IMG/VR virus record: IMGVR_UViG_3300045988_126851
Span: 19,646 to 83,645 of that record
From: a virus
DNA: 64,000 nt
Reading direction: 5' to 3' (one strand)
The translations under genes and the position numbers were made by a program. Position 1 is the first letter of the stretch. Each line of letters begins with the position of its first letter. The notes beneath the pieces are model-generated. The model searched no databases. It saw only the letters and a program-made list of their open reading frames with translations, and had not been told where the DNA came from. Of this stretch, positions 7,706-16,662 are shown in pieces.

Positions 7706-8082
7706 GATATAGAAAAGTTAAGTTGGAAAATCCAGCTGTTTTTATCGAGTTGATTGAATGATATGAATGTACCGTCGTTATCCGTAAAAGCATTCATAAA
7801 TTCAATAGCAACCTGGGTTAATTGTCCCTTATAGGGATTAGTATCAGCAGTTATGGCAGATTCGAAAATAAATGTATAATATGCCGTATCCTCTATTTGT
7901 ACTTGGTTAATATCCAAGCAATTGAGTTTGTAATCGTCCTCTAATCTGATTAGAAGTTCCATTAAGAGATTACAGAGATTACCCTGTTCATCTGAATCGA
8001 GTTCAAATGTAGATTTCTTGTCTAAGAAATTACGAACTACCTTTAATGTTTGGGAGTCGTTGTAAGTTACTGAATTTTTCAT
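7702..8082 (-). CDS. hypothetical acidic protein
   Basis: 126-aa ORF directly behind promoter/leader cassette copy 2. Confidence 0.65.
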   Translation of the reverse strand: MKNSVTYNDSQTLKVVRNFLDKKSTFELDSDEQGNLCNLLMELLIRLEDDYKLNCLDINQVQIEDTAYYTFIFESAITADTNPYKGQLTQVAIEFMNAFTDNDGTFISFNQLDKNSWIFQLNFSIS

Positions 8083-8148
8083 AATGTCTATATTTAAATT
8101 GTTTCTCTATGCAAATATAATCATTTTTATTTTTATAGAAAAATATAT
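8080..8148 (-). repeat. promoter plus 5' leader cassette, copy 2
   Basis: Matches 7098-7166 at 68 of 69 positions. Confidence 0.9.
8108..8120 (-). promoter_or_regulatory. Bacteroidota-type -7 promoter element
   Basis: Reverse complement reads TTATATTTGCATA. The ATG at 8082 lies 29 nt downstream. Confidence 0.65.
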
Positions 8149-8152
8149 TCTT

Positions 8153-8551
8153 TTATTTTTCTATGGAGCTGAGGATGTAAGAAAGGTTACTTGTCTTCTT
8201 CAGTTCATCAAAAGCAATAGAAAGGCAATCTTCTTTATTGGCAAGAGAAGGAATTTCGAATTTACTAAAGAAATCCCTTATCGAATTCTTTAAGTATTCA
8301 GTAAGAGCTTCCGATATCTCTTTAGAGTCATAGGCTGAAATCAGGTTTTTTCTCAACTCCATAAGATCTTCTTCGGATTTTATTAGTGAATCAGATTCTT
8401 TAATAAGAAAGAAGTTACCCTTATTAGTGATACCTTTTTGATAGCCGAGGTCTATGATTTGATTCACAAATTTCCTATATAGGTCTCTGCTAACCTTGAA
8501 ATAATTATCTCGATCTAAATTGAAGTATAGTGAGATTGAGGGTAATAACAA
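8153..8551 (-). CDS. hypothetical protein
   Basis: 132-aa ORF on the dominant strand. Confidence 0.55.
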   Translation of the reverse strand: MLLPSISLYFNLDRDNYFKVSRDLYRKFVNQIIDLGYQKGITNKGNFFLIKESDSLIKSEEDLMELRKNLISAYDSKEISEALTEYLKNSIRDFFSKFEIPSLANKEDCLSIAFDELKKTSNLSYILSSIEK

Positions 8552-8681
8552 GTTGAATAACTTTAGAGGTTCTTCCCTTATTTAGCTATGTTATTAGTAT
8601 CCTCTACATGGATGCTTCTAATCTCTAAGCATAATCCATTATCTAACTGAACTAGTAAGTTTACTGATTGTAGTTGATTTT

Positions 8682-9356
8682 TCATAATTCTGTATCTTTT
8701 GTTTTATCGTTAATGAATGATTGAACTTCTCGGTGTATGATGTTAGAAACTACTACTTGATCCTTAGCAGTTTCCTCTATCTTAGTTATTTCTTCAGAGA
8801 TAAAAGCAGCAAGAAAATCAGAAGAGTTCTTATAATAAGCTACCCATTCTTTTATCCAGTTAGCCTCTAAGTAATACCTGTAATTACCAAAAAGATCTTC
8901 AATAGCAAGATTAGTATTAGCATAGGGGCTAACAAGATTCCTGATATTGCATAGCAGATCGGCATATTCCTCTGGTATTCTCAAAGACCGAGGAATATCG
9001 TCTAAATTTGATATATCAGGTATGAAATGGGTTTTATAAAGTGATTTTAGGGGCTTTTGATAACCTAAGCTTAGATTAAAAGCTTCTTTAGAATATAAAA
9101 GAGAGAAGAAGTACATGAATCTGTAGTACATTAAGTTTGGTACTATATCATATACTTTGTAATATTTCTGATAGTCGTTATATAGCTTGATGTAGATCTT
9201 ATCGTCAAATATTGCAAAGGTTCTCAACATATAAGGAATGTTGAACTCTAGATCGTTATAGAAATCAGCAAACCTGATATTCTTCTGATCATCCAAATAA
9301 AGTAAGTTCTTGCAGTATTTTAGCTGCTGTTCTGGTTTTTTCTTAAATAAGTTCAT
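8682..9356 (-). CDS. hypothetical protein
   Basis: The track ORF extends to 9443. The ATG at 9356 (MNLFKKKPEQQ...) lies 4 nt after the stop of the upstream gene (9361), which removes the overlap. Confidence 0.6.
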   Translation of the reverse strand: MNLFKKKPEQQLKYCKNLLYLDDQKNIRFADFYNDLEFNIPYMLRTFAIFDDKIYIKLYNDYQKYYKVYDIVPNLMYYRFMYFFSLLYSKEAFNLSLGYQKPLKSLYKTHFIPDISNLDDIPRSLRIPEEYADLLCNIRNLVSPYANTNLAIEDLFGNYRYYLEANWIKEWVAYYKNSSDFLAAFISEEITKIEETAKDQVVVSNIIHREVQSFINDKTKDTEL

Positions 9357-9360
9357 GTGA

Positions 9361-9576
9361 TTAAAATGTAAAGTCAATGTATATCTTTCTTGTTCCCTTG
9401 AGAAATTTTTCGTGATTTGAGTCATCATACTTATGGCAAGCATAAGTCTTAGATGATTTATCGTAATGGTCTCTTACCCATACTGGAGCAGTATCTGTAG
9501 GTTTCAGTTTAAAATATGTACCTTGATTAACTTTGTTAACCGTGGTTTCTTTGTAGGTTGGTTTTAATGTTTCCAT
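9361..9576 (-). CDS. hypothetical small protein
   Basis: The track ORF extends to 9720. The ATG at 9576 (METLKPTYKETTV...) lies 26 nt downstream of the promoter motif at 9599-9611, and the longer form would run through a terminator and a promoter. Confidence 0.55.
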   Translation of the reverse strand: METLKPTYKETTVNKVNQGTYFKLKPTDTAPVWVRDHYDKSSKTYACHKYDDSNHEKFLKGTRKIYIDFTF

Positions 9577-9598
9577 ATTTTGTCTATTTTTAAATTGA

Positions 9599-9611
9599 TA
9601 TGCAAATATAA
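9599..9611 (-). promoter_or_regulatory. Bacteroidota-type -7 promoter element
   Basis: Reverse complement reads TTATATTTGCATA, located between the terminator at 9653-9679 and the ATG at 9576. Confidence 0.6.
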
Positions 9612-9652
9612 TTCTTTTTATTAAATTATGCAATAACCCCATAAACATAGAG

Positions 9653-9679
9653 AAGCCCCGATTATAGATGTCGGGGCTT
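9653..9679 (-). terminator. hairpin terminator after gene 9683..10582
   Basis: AAGCCCCGA (9653-9661) pairs with TCGGGGCTT (9671-9679) across a 9-nt loop. It begins 3 nt past the stop codon. Confidence 0.6.
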
Positions 9680-9682
9680 AGT

Positions 9683-10582
9683 TTATTTAGATAAGAATCG
9701 GGCCGTAAATGGAGTATCATCCTCTTCCTCCTCTATTTCTTCATAGGATATTAGTTCTGGGTCTTCTTCATCTGGATCAATCCTCATCTCTATTTCTCTT
9801 CTCAGTTCATGATGCTCCCTTGAAGAAACTTCTAATGCCCCTTTATAATCATCAGTTATCTGAGTTAACTCTTGTTTATTGATATTAAGACCCTCTTTAC
9901 TAACATCTACTCCCTCTTGCTTAGTAGCAACTACCTCGGGCAATGAACTAAGATCATATTTAGCTTCTAGGAGTTTAGCTTCTTCTGTTTTATCTTGAAT
10001 CTTTTGAGATTCTAAAATAATCTTTCTAGCTTCCTCTATACTAATGCCCTGTTCTTGCTGAATATTGTTCTGTTGATTGAATTGATTGAAGATATTAGTA
10101 GTACCATTCCCAGTGAACCCTCTTATCAATGATTGAAGAGAATTAGTAGAATCCAGCTTCATTTTCAAAGCCTTGTTCAATTCAGCAGAAATAAAGGGCA
10201 TATACTTCCCACCCTGTGAATCTCTTAATAGATTAACCTGATGAGATACTTCCATTCTATCCTCTAATACCCATGCTAATTGTTCTCCAAGTAAGGCTTC
10301 TATAAGTGATTCTTGTTTATCCTTATCCCATATCCTACTTGACAGAAGTCTATCTCTCATGAATACTCTTATCTGATTAACGTCTATCCCTAACTTATTA
10401 GAGAAAGTGTTAATATCATAAGTAACACCACAAAGTACTCCATTACCCAATAACCATTGGTTTATAAGGTAATTTTGTACTTTTAATAAATCCTCAGGCT
10501 TTTGGGTTTTCTGATACTCTAATGCAAGAGCAGTAGTTCCCATTGGTCGAGGAAATCTCTTTATTTTATCTTTTCCTTCCAT
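9683..10582 (-). CDS. hypothetical protein with acidic C-terminus
   Basis: 299-aa ORF with a C-terminal EEIEEEEDD stretch. The function was not recognised. Confidence 0.65.
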   Translation of the reverse strand: MEGKDKIKRFPRPMGTTALALEYQKTQKPEDLLKVQNYLINQWLLGNGVLCGVTYDINTFSNKLGIDVNQIRVFMRDRLLSSRIWDKDKQESLIEALLGEQLAWVLEDRMEVSHQVNLLRDSQGGKYMPFISAELNKALKMKLDSTNSLQSLIRGFTGNGTTNIFNQFNQQNNIQQEQGISIEEARKIILESQKIQDKTEEAKLLEAKYDLSSLPEVVATKQEGVDVSKEGLNINKQELTQITDDYKGALEVSSREHHELRREIEMRIDPDEEDPELISYEEIEEEEDDTPFTARFLSK

Positions 10583-10841
10583 ATAAGTGAGCCTTTCTTA
10601 TATCTTTAGATTCTTCATATCCAATCTTTTCTAAGGTATAACAGATGAAAGCGTTTATACTCTGATTATAGAAATATCCTTTATATCTATCCTTACCATA
10701 GAATAAACTAAAAGCTACACCAGAGAGTAAATCCCTGGTGTAAATTAATCTCTCTTTTCCTAATATGGGGATTTCTAAACAAATCCTATAATCGGATGCC
10801 TTAAATTTATTGCCATGAAGATCGATTATTTCTCTTACCAT
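10566..10841 (-). CDS. hypothetical protein
   Basis: 91-aa ORF in a chain of overlapping genes. Confidence 0.5.
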   Translation of the reverse strand: MVREIIDLHGNKFKASDYRICLEIPILGKERLIYTRDLLSGVAFSLFYGKDRYKGYFYNQSINAFICYTLEKIGYEESKDIRKAHLYGRKR

Positions 10842-11229
10842 AATTTGCCTTTTTAGGGTCCGAGGATTTTTTGTCTTGTTTACTATGGCTATTTAATTGC
10901 CTTTGCTCTTCGATCCTTTTTTGCATTTTCGGATATAACCTTCTCCTTAGGGGAACTACCTGAGTTGCAAAAAAGGCATTCCATAATTTCTGGGATAAAG
11001 GTTCTCCAACTTTGAGTTTGGATATTGCCCAGAATTTAGATTCGAAATTCTTCACTATTTCTCTGAATCGATAATAATAGATAATACCCGATTTATTATC
11101 TCTTCCGATAGTAGTAGTTTGGCAATATTCCAGAAACTCTTTACCTAATTCGGATATGAATTCTTCCCTTTTAAAATCAAAGTTCTCTTGATCTAGTTTG
11201 AATAATTTTACGTAATCGATTGCTTCCAT
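10807..11229 (-). CDS. hypothetical protein
   Basis: 140-aa ORF with a basic C-terminus. Confidence 0.55.
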   Translation of the reverse strand: MEAIDYVKLFKLDQENFDFKREEFISELGKEFLEYCQTTTIGRDNKSGIIYYYRFREIVKNFESKFWAISKLKVGEPLSQKLWNAFFATQVVPLRRRLYPKMQKRIEEQRQLNSHSKQDKKSSDPKKANYGKRNNRSSWQ

Positions 11230-11235
11230 ATAAGT

Positions 11236-11595
11236 TTAGTGATTAATTAACATTATAGGTCTGGGGATTTCCTCATCTGTGATTTGGAATAAATATCCCC
11301 TTATATCATCCTCATAGTATGAAGACCAATAAGTTCTCCGGATTCTAAAATTATCTAAGATTGCCCCTTTGGGGATTCCAGTAACGAATAATCGATGTTT
11401 GGGCATTACGGGAGTGATTTCGAATTTACCCTCTTTAAAGTTACCAAAAGTACAATAATCTGGCATATTACCAGTGAATCCGGTAGGTTGTAATACATCT
11501 TGGATTAAAGCAGTTTGAGGTATTTCTCTTTGATTGCATTCGATGGTCAATTTCGATTTGCCTATATATAGGTCTTTAACTATTTCTCTAAACAT
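11236..11595 (-). CDS. hypothetical protein
   Basis: 119-aa ORF. Confidence 0.6.
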   Translation of the reverse strand: MFREIVKDLYIGKSKLTIECNQREIPQTALIQDVLQPTGFTGNMPDYCTFGNFKEGKFEITPVMPKHRLFVTGIPKGAILDNFRIRRTYWSSYYEDDIRGYLFQITDEEIPRPIMLINH

Positions 11596-11876
11596 CTGTA
11601 TATAATTATGTGAGTGATACCATTCTTTTTAAAGTAAGAGCCATCTTTAGAATGTTCCTCTAACTTTTTCAATTCTCTTCGAGATTCAGTACAAACCCTA
11701 TCCGATTTCCTTAATATACCAAAAGCGTTATCCCATATAGGGGTCATAGGATCAACTGGCCCTGCATATATTACCTGATGCCTTGCCATAATTTGAGGAT
11801 ATTTGGATTTGTACTGGTATTTACCCTTGAGGTAAAGTACATTATACTTTTCTAGATTTTCTTTTTCGTTTAACAT
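11580..11876 (-). CDS. hypothetical protein
   Basis: 98-aa ORF. Confidence 0.55.
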   Translation of the reverse strand: MLNEKENLEKYNVLYLKGKYQYKSKYPQIMARHQVIYAGPVDPMTPIWDNAFGILRKSDRVCTESRRELKKLEEHSKDGSYFKKNGITHIIIYRCLEK

Positions 11877-12141
11877 TGGCTTTGTTGTTATTGATATAAT
11901 CTGATATCTGATCTAATTGATTTAAAACTAAGGCTTGTACAAATATTGATATAGGCCTGAAAAAGTAATTCCTTACGTTCTTTGGATTGATATACCAATC
12001 GTAGATTATAAAGAACTTCTTAATCTTAGAATGCTTAAGTGATCTCTGAACTAAATAAGTCTTACAACATCTTTTATGTAATTCTAGCAGTTCTTTATCT
12101 TGCTTAAGCATCTCCTTTTCTGAGAAGATGATATAGTCCAT
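11842..12141 (-). CDS. hypothetical protein
   Basis: 99-aa ORF downstream of the hairpin at 12160-12185. Confidence 0.5.
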   Translation of the reverse strand: MDYIIFSEKEMLKQDKELLELHKRCCKTYLVQRSLKHSKIKKFFIIYDWYINPKNVRNYFFRPISIFVQALVLNQLDQISDYINNNKANVKRKRKSRKV

Positions 12142-12159
12142 TAATTTAAGAAGAGATAT

Positions 12160-12185
12160 AAGTCCCAGGTGAGTTCCCGGGACTT
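12160..12185 (-). terminator. possible hairpin terminator
   Basis: AAGTCCC (12160-12166) pairs with GGGACTT (12179-12185), with two further G:C pairs. It lies after the stop at 12203. Confidence 0.45.
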
Positions 12186-12202
12186 AGGTTAATGGTTTGT
12201 AA

Positions 12203-12679
12203 TTATGCAACCTGCTCTGGTTTGAGAACCTTTTTCTTGAAGTCCTCATATTTCTTAGCAGCATCCTTGAACTCTTTAGAATTTTGATCCTTGATACGGA
12301 ACATTTCCCGTTCAAGTCTATGTAATTCGTTTCGAGTTTGTTGTCTCCATTTCTTACGGGCAAGTGTATCAGTTATATCCTCAGGGTATACGTATTTCAC
12401 TTCCCGATTGGAAATCACTTGTTCAATGATTGAGGGTTTTTGTTGTTGTTTTACTTCCTTGATGGTTTCTTCCTTCTTGAATTTCTTTCCCTTTGGTTTG
12501 AGTTCTACCAATTTAGCCTTAGAGAATTCTTTGGCAGCTTCTTTAGATTCTTCTACCAATTGTTTCTTGGTCTTTTGGCCTTTGGCTTTAGTAGTTTTTG
12601 ACTTGGAAACTTGTTCCTTAACTTCGTTCAACTGATTAGCAACTAAGGTTGCAATAGTGTTTTCTAAATTCTTTTTCAT
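12203..12679 (-). CDS. lysine-rich protein with KY-YP...KKWR..QTR motif
   Basis: 158-aa ORF behind cassette copy 3. It has a Lys-rich low-complexity N-half and shares a C-terminal motif with the 14946..15500 product. Confidence 0.65.
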   Translation of the reverse strand: MKKNLENTIATLVANQLNEVKEQVSKSKTTKAKGQKTKKQLVEESKEAAKEFSKAKLVELKPKGKKFKKEETIKEVKQQQKPSIIEQVISNREVKYVYPEDITDTLARKKWRQQTRNELHRLEREMFRIKDQNSKEFKDAAKKYEDFKKKVLKPEQVA

Positions 12680-12717
12680 AATGTCTATATTTAAATTGTT
12701 TCTCTATGCAAATATAA
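12677..12717 (-). repeat. promoter plus 5' leader cassette, copy 3 (shorter)
   Basis: The 41 nt cataatgtctatatttaaattgtttctctatgcaaatataa are identical to 8080-8120. Confidence 0.9.
12705..12717 (-). promoter_or_regulatory. Bacteroidota-type -7 promoter element
   Basis: Reverse complement reads TTATATTTGCATA. The ATG at 12679 lies 29 nt downstream. Confidence 0.65.
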
Positions 12718-12771
12718 GAATAATATATTATTCTACAAAAGAAAAATAAATTTATTTTCTAAATTCTAAGG

Positions 12772-13296
12772 TTAATCCTCAAGGAAATCGAAGATGTCAT
12801 CAGAGTAGGTAATATTATCTTCGGGATCTGATAAGTAATCTTCCCGATGTTCTTCATAGTAATCAAAGATATTATCTACCTGTTGTTCTTTAGTGTAAAA
12901 CTTACAATTTACTAGCTTACATTTACCTGGATTGTTTTTTAGGTATGTATAAGCTTCCTCTAAGGTTAAAGGCTTATCTGATAATACTTCAAAGGTTTCC
13001 TTTTTAGGTCCATTAAAGTGTATGTTTAGTTTATTACCAGATCTTTCTACTTGGGCATTTGGTGAAGTTTCTACTTCTACTAAATATCTATATTTCCGAG
13101 TTCCCTTTGGTTGAGAAATGATTACCTGTTTCTCTTCTACCCTGGGTGTATCAGAAATAAAAGCAGGAATTGCCTTAACCATATTGCATTGGTGAGATCC
13201 CTTATCTAAGGTCCCAATGAGAATAGAGAAAGCAATTCCTGCTCCGATAATGGGCAATATGAGATTATTTTTGGAGTTCATATCCAGTTTCTTCAA
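12772..13296 (-). CDS. hypothetical membrane-anchored protein
   Basis: 174-aa ORF with an N-terminal hydrophobic segment (LILPIIGAGIAFSILIG). Confidence 0.6.
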   Translation of the reverse strand: MKKLDMNSKNNLILPIIGAGIAFSILIGTLDKGSHQCNMVKAIPAFISDTPRVEEKQVIISQPKGTRKYRYLVEVETSPNAQVERSGNKLNIHFNGPKKETFEVLSDKPLTLEEAYTYLKNNPGKCKLVNCKFYTKEQQVDNIFDYYEEHREDYLSDPEDNITYSDDIFDFLED

Positions 13297-13531
13297 ATTT
13301 GCCCTTGATATATTGGTTTAAGTATTTGCCCTTAGAGGATGCCTCATGTAAGCCATTTGCTATATCATGAGGAACCTTATCATATCGATAAACTCTGTTG
13401 TTTTTAAAAGCTACCCATAATTCCTTTTGGGATGAGCTATAACCATATCCTTCTAAGTTAGAGGATTCACAAGGTATCATCTCTATTCCCAAAATTGATT
13501 CAACCTGTTTTAAGTAATCGTTCTTTTCCAT
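13265..13531 (-). CDS. KTSC-domain protein
   Basis: SSNLEGYGYSSSQKELWVAFKNNRVYRYDKVPHDIANGLHEASSKGKYLNQYIKGKF matches the KTSC domain pattern (SSNI..vGYD...L.V.F.nG.vY.Y..VP..v...L..A.SKG.Y.N..Ik). Confidence 0.7.
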   Translation of the reverse strand: MEKNDYLKQVESILGIEMIPCESSNLEGYGYSSSQKELWVAFKNNRVYRYDKVPHDIANGLHEASSKGKYLNQYIKGKFEETGYELQK

Positions 13532-13536
13532 GGTGT

Positions 13537-13908
13537 CTATATTTTAAGTAATGTAATCTCTGGGTGATAATTGATTTGAATCTCATGAAGGAGTTCCCAT
13601 GCTCCGCATACTCCCTGAGAATTGTCGATCAGCCATTCATCTTCCATTTTGAATAAGATATGTGAACATATCATTAGCTGATATTCATTGAGCATTTTTA
13701 TGAAAGTAGGGTACCTTTCTATAGTAACATATCTTTCTATCTCTTGATCTAAGGCAAATTGAATCTCCTCATCCTCAATCTGAAGAAGGCTTCTGAGTAG
13801 TCCTTTATCGAAAGGTTTATTAGCTTTCAGATCTTCTTTGAGAGAAGATAGTGATTCAATTTGAATATCAGCTATTAGCTTAATGATGTCCTTTGTTTCC
13901 TTGTCCAT
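13537..13908 (-). CDS. hypothetical protein
   Basis: 123-aa ORF 20 nt downstream of a promoter motif. Confidence 0.6.
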   Translation of the reverse strand: MDKETKDIIKLIADIQIESLSSLKEDLKANKPFDKGLLRSLLQIEDEEIQFALDQEIERYVTIERYPTFIKMLNEYQLMICSHILFKMEDEWLIDNSQGVCGAWELLHEIQINYHPEITLLKI

Positions 13909-13924
13909 AATTAAAATTTTTCTT

Positions 13925-13936
13925 TATGCAAATATA
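13925..13936 (-). promoter_or_regulatory. Bacteroidota-type -7 promoter element
   Basis: Reverse complement reads TATATTTGCATA. The ATG is at 13908. Confidence 0.6.
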
Positions 13937-13993
13937 CTAAATTTATTTCTATATAAAATATCTTTTTATTAAAAACTGTGGTTAAGGAGGGTG

Positions 13994-14842
13994 TTACTTT
14001 CTCTGAATGACTTCTTCCATCTTTTCTTTGATTGAATCAGGGAATACAGCATCGCCTACCCATCTTAAGAAGAATTTAGAAGGTTTCTTATCTGGATTGA
14101 GCAATAGTTGTCTTTGTTCCGTAGAGAACTTAATACGTTCTGATTCAAGCATCCATTTGGGTAATTTAGTGAACTCAGCTTGAGAGAAAGAAATAGTTTT
14201 CTTACCAATTTGGGCCTTTAATGGTTTCTTTCTTTCCTTATACAAATAGGGAATAACCTTTTTCGAAGGCCCCTTGAGGATACTGAAACCAAAGATAATC
14301 ATTGGATCAAATTTATCTGCTTTTGGATCCTTAGCACGTTTAATACACCTTGCCATCCAAGAGAACGAATTAGGATATTGATTATTATCTGTAGCTTCTC
14401 CCACATCCTTTTTATTGAACTCAAACCCAGGGAAATGATAAAGGAAATCCTCTGTAAGGATAAATACAAATCCCAATCCTCTAAGGTATTTGATAATCTC
14501 TTGTTGGGTTTTACCCTCTTCAACCATTTTCTCTACATCTAAGAGAATATCCTCTCTTGGAGATTCTATTTCTTGAGTAGTAGAGTTAGCAGGTCTTCCT
14601 CTTCCTGCAGACGGTGCCTTTATTGGGAGATTACCAGATAATCTATCTAGATAATCTTTAAAATTATTTATTTCGGATTGATTAGTAAGAGTTACTTCTA
14701 CTCTTATAGGTCCATTATGTTGTACCTTTGGACCGGAATTCATTTCTGTATAAGCATCTACCAATCTATCGGATAATGGAGTACCATTTTCTGACAGAGT
14801 AGTGATTCTGAGTTTCGATTTAAATATTTCTTCTTTTTCCAT
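13994..14842 (-). CDS. hypothetical protein
   Basis: 282-aa ORF following the terminator at 14863-14898. Confidence 0.65.
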   Translation of the reverse strand: MEKEEIFKSKLRITTLSENGTPLSDRLVDAYTEMNSGPKVQHNGPIRVEVTLTNQSEINNFKDYLDRLSGNLPIKAPSAGRGRPANSTTQEIESPREDILLDVEKMVEEGKTQQEIIKYLRGLGFVFILTEDFLYHFPGFEFNKKDVGEATDNNQYPNSFSWMARCIKRAKDPKADKFDPMIIFGFSILKGPSKKVIPYLYKERKKPLKAQIGKKTISFSQAEFTKLPKWMLESERIKFSTEQRQLLLNPDKKPSKFFLRWVGDAVFPDSIKEKMEEVIQRK

Positions 14843-14862
14843 AATGCTTTAATGATAAAAAG

Positions 14863-14898
14863 AAAGGCCTGAACAAAAGTGTTATTTGTCAGGCCTTT
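14863..14898 (-). terminator. rho-independent terminator
   Basis: AAAGGCCTGA (14863-14872) pairs with TCAGGCCTTT (14889-14898), with extra ACAAA/TTTGT pairing. On the minus strand it is followed by CTTTTTATC. Confidence 0.7.
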
Positions 14899-14945
14899 AC
14901 TGTTATTAACGAATACTTAAAAGTATGGGAATAGAAAGGTTTTTA

Positions 14946-15500
14946 TTAATCTTCTTCTTTAGAGGCCTTCTTTTTCTTTTTGTCTTTGGCCTTTTTGTCT
15001 TCCTTCTTGGTAGAAGGTTTTTCTTTAACCTTTGCCTTAGATTCCTTTTTGGAAGTTTCTTTCTTCTCTTTTGGAGCATCTCCCTGAGCAAGTTTTCTTT
15101 GCTCCATACGATATTTCTTCTTTTCGGCAGAAGTCATTTCTCTACCATCGATAAGAGGATAATCGTATTTAGTAGCTACTCTACCTGAACCCTTAGGTTC
15201 CTTTTTGTCTTCTTTGGCTTTTGCCTTAGATTTAGAGTTTTTCTCTTTGAGTTTAACGAGTTTAGCCTCATTAGCCTCATCACCTTCGGGATATTTAGCA
15301 GCAACTTTATCCCGTTCTTTGTTGAGCTTATTTACAAGTTCGGTAACCTTTTTACCGTGTTTCTTGTCCTTAGTCCAATCCTTAGTGGGATCCAGGTTGT
15401 TCTCTTTAAGATAAGCTTCAAGAGCTGCCTTTGCCTTAGAAAGTTCCGGAGTTTTATTAACCGGTTTGTCTTTCTTCTTTTTCTTTTTGTCCTTAGTCAT
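14946..15500 (-). CDS. lysine-rich protein with KY-YP...KKYR..QRK motif
   Basis: 184-aa ORF with MTKDKKKKKKDK at the N-terminus and KKAKDKKKKKASKEED at the C-terminus. A central motif is shared with the 12203..12679 product. Confidence 0.65.
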   Translation of the reverse strand: MTKDKKKKKKDKPVNKTPELSKAKAALEAYLKENNLDPTKDWTKDKKHGKKVTELVNKLNKERDKVAAKYPEGDEANEAKLVKLKEKNSKSKAKAKEDKKEPKGSGRVATKYDYPLIDGREMTSAEKKKYRMEQRKLAQGDAPKEKKETSKKESKAKVKEKPSTKKEDKKAKDKKKKKASKEED

Positions 15501-15547
15501 TGTAGTTAATCTATTGGTTAATTATTTCCCTATGTATAATCCCATAG

Positions 15548-15907
15548 TTATAATTTCCGAATATAAGTTTGGTTTTCCTTAATTTCTAGGATTTTAAGCT
15601 CTTCCTGATTTGACAGTGATATTACTTCTAAAACATCTCGAATATCTTGTTCAGATAGATTATTGAAAGATGCTTCATATAAATCGGATCCCAGTTGAAA
15701 TTTTACCTCAGTTCTGGTACCTTGTATTAGACTTTTTAACGAATTGGAAATACTTGAAAGTTTTCTTTTAAGATACTTAATATGAAGAGAAATGGATTGG
15801 TATTTACCCTTATTACCTTTCCTGAGAGCAAGGTTCATTTGGTATTTAGAGTATTCTAAGTCTTTTAGAATTACTGAATACTTTCTTATGAGTTCTTTGA
15901 GTTCCAT
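15548..15907 (-). CDS. hypothetical protein
   Basis: 119-aa ORF. Confidence 0.55.
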   Translation of the reverse strand: MELKELIRKYSVILKDLEYSKYQMNLALRKGNKGKYQSISLHIKYLKRKLSSISNSLKSLIQGTRTEVKFQLGSDLYEASFNNLSEQDIRDVLEVISLSNQEELKILEIKENQTYIRKL

Positions 15908-16089
15908 TTGGGTCTTGGTATTGGATTGGGTATTTCTTGATCTGATAACATTTCTTTTGCTTCTTCAATAATTAGAGAAGCAAGTTCTTTCTCCTCCTCA
16001 TTTAGATTTTCTAGTACTTCCGTATAAGTATTTATAAGATTATCCAAAGCAATGATAATAATATTCTTTCTGATTTCGTATTTATCCAT
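15886..16089 (-). CDS. hypothetical protein
   Basis: 67-aa ORF. Confidence 0.5.
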   Translation of the reverse strand: MDKYEIRKNIIIIALDNLINTYTEVLENLNEEEKELASLIIEEAKEMLSDQEIPNPIPRPKWNSKNS

Positions 16090-16213
16090 AGGAAGCAGTA
16101 TTTAGATAAAATAAAAGCCAACTACCTATCCCAGGCAATTGGCTTAAAAGTGAAAACAAAATGTAAAATAATTAGTGTTATGAACTAAACTCTTTATGCA
16201 GACATATCAATTA

Positions 16214-16600
16214 TTAATCTTCTGATTCTTCTTCGGAGTCTTCCTCTTTCTCCTTCTTTGATTTGGGAGAAGTGATAACTCCGTGGCCTTTCTTTGATTT
16301 AACCGTGAAATTGCCCGGAACAAAAGCCACTGAAGTAGAGATTGCTTTACCATCCGTAACCAAAACGGAAGTAACTACTACTCCCTGATAGCCTTCTTTA
16401 TTCTTTACTGCATAGCCGTAATTCATTACCTTGCTATTGTCATTGATAGCAATAACATCGATCTGTTTGCTATTCGGACGTTGCTCAGCCGGACGGTTTT
16501 TCAAAGCTTCCATTCTTGCCTTACGTTTTGCTTCTTTTTCTGGATCTTTCTCTTTAGAACCCTTTTTCTTCGGATCTTCTTTCTTTGATTTTGTTGCCAT
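16214..16600 (-). CDS. hypothetical protein with Lys-rich N- and C-terminal tails
   Basis: 128-aa ORF with MATKSKKEDPKKKGSKEK at the N-terminus, a globular-looking core, and KSKKEKEEDSEEESED at the C-terminus. Confidence 0.6.
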   Translation of the reverse strand: MATKSKKEDPKKKGSKEKDPEKEAKRKARMEALKNRPAEQRPNSKQIDVIAINDNSKVMNYGYAVKNKEGYQGVVVTSVLVTDGKAISTSVAFVPGNFTVKSKKGHGVITSPKSKKEKEEDSEEESED

Positions 16601-16662
16601 AATAGGTTTGAAATTATTAGTTAATAATGATAAGTAAAACTTCTACGAAATGTAATAATTAA

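Noticed and set aside
8084-8293. 69-aa plus-strand ORF
   Set aside because: It lies on the antisense side of promoter cassette copy 2 and of the 3' end of 8153..8551. It is an Ile/Phe-rich AT artefact.
12291-15414. Plus-strand ORFs 12291..12635, 14925..15188 and 15205..15414, and minus ORF 14906..15091
   Set aside because: They are antisense or out-of-frame readings of AAG/AAA-rich lysine-protein genes. Stop codons are depleted there by composition alone.
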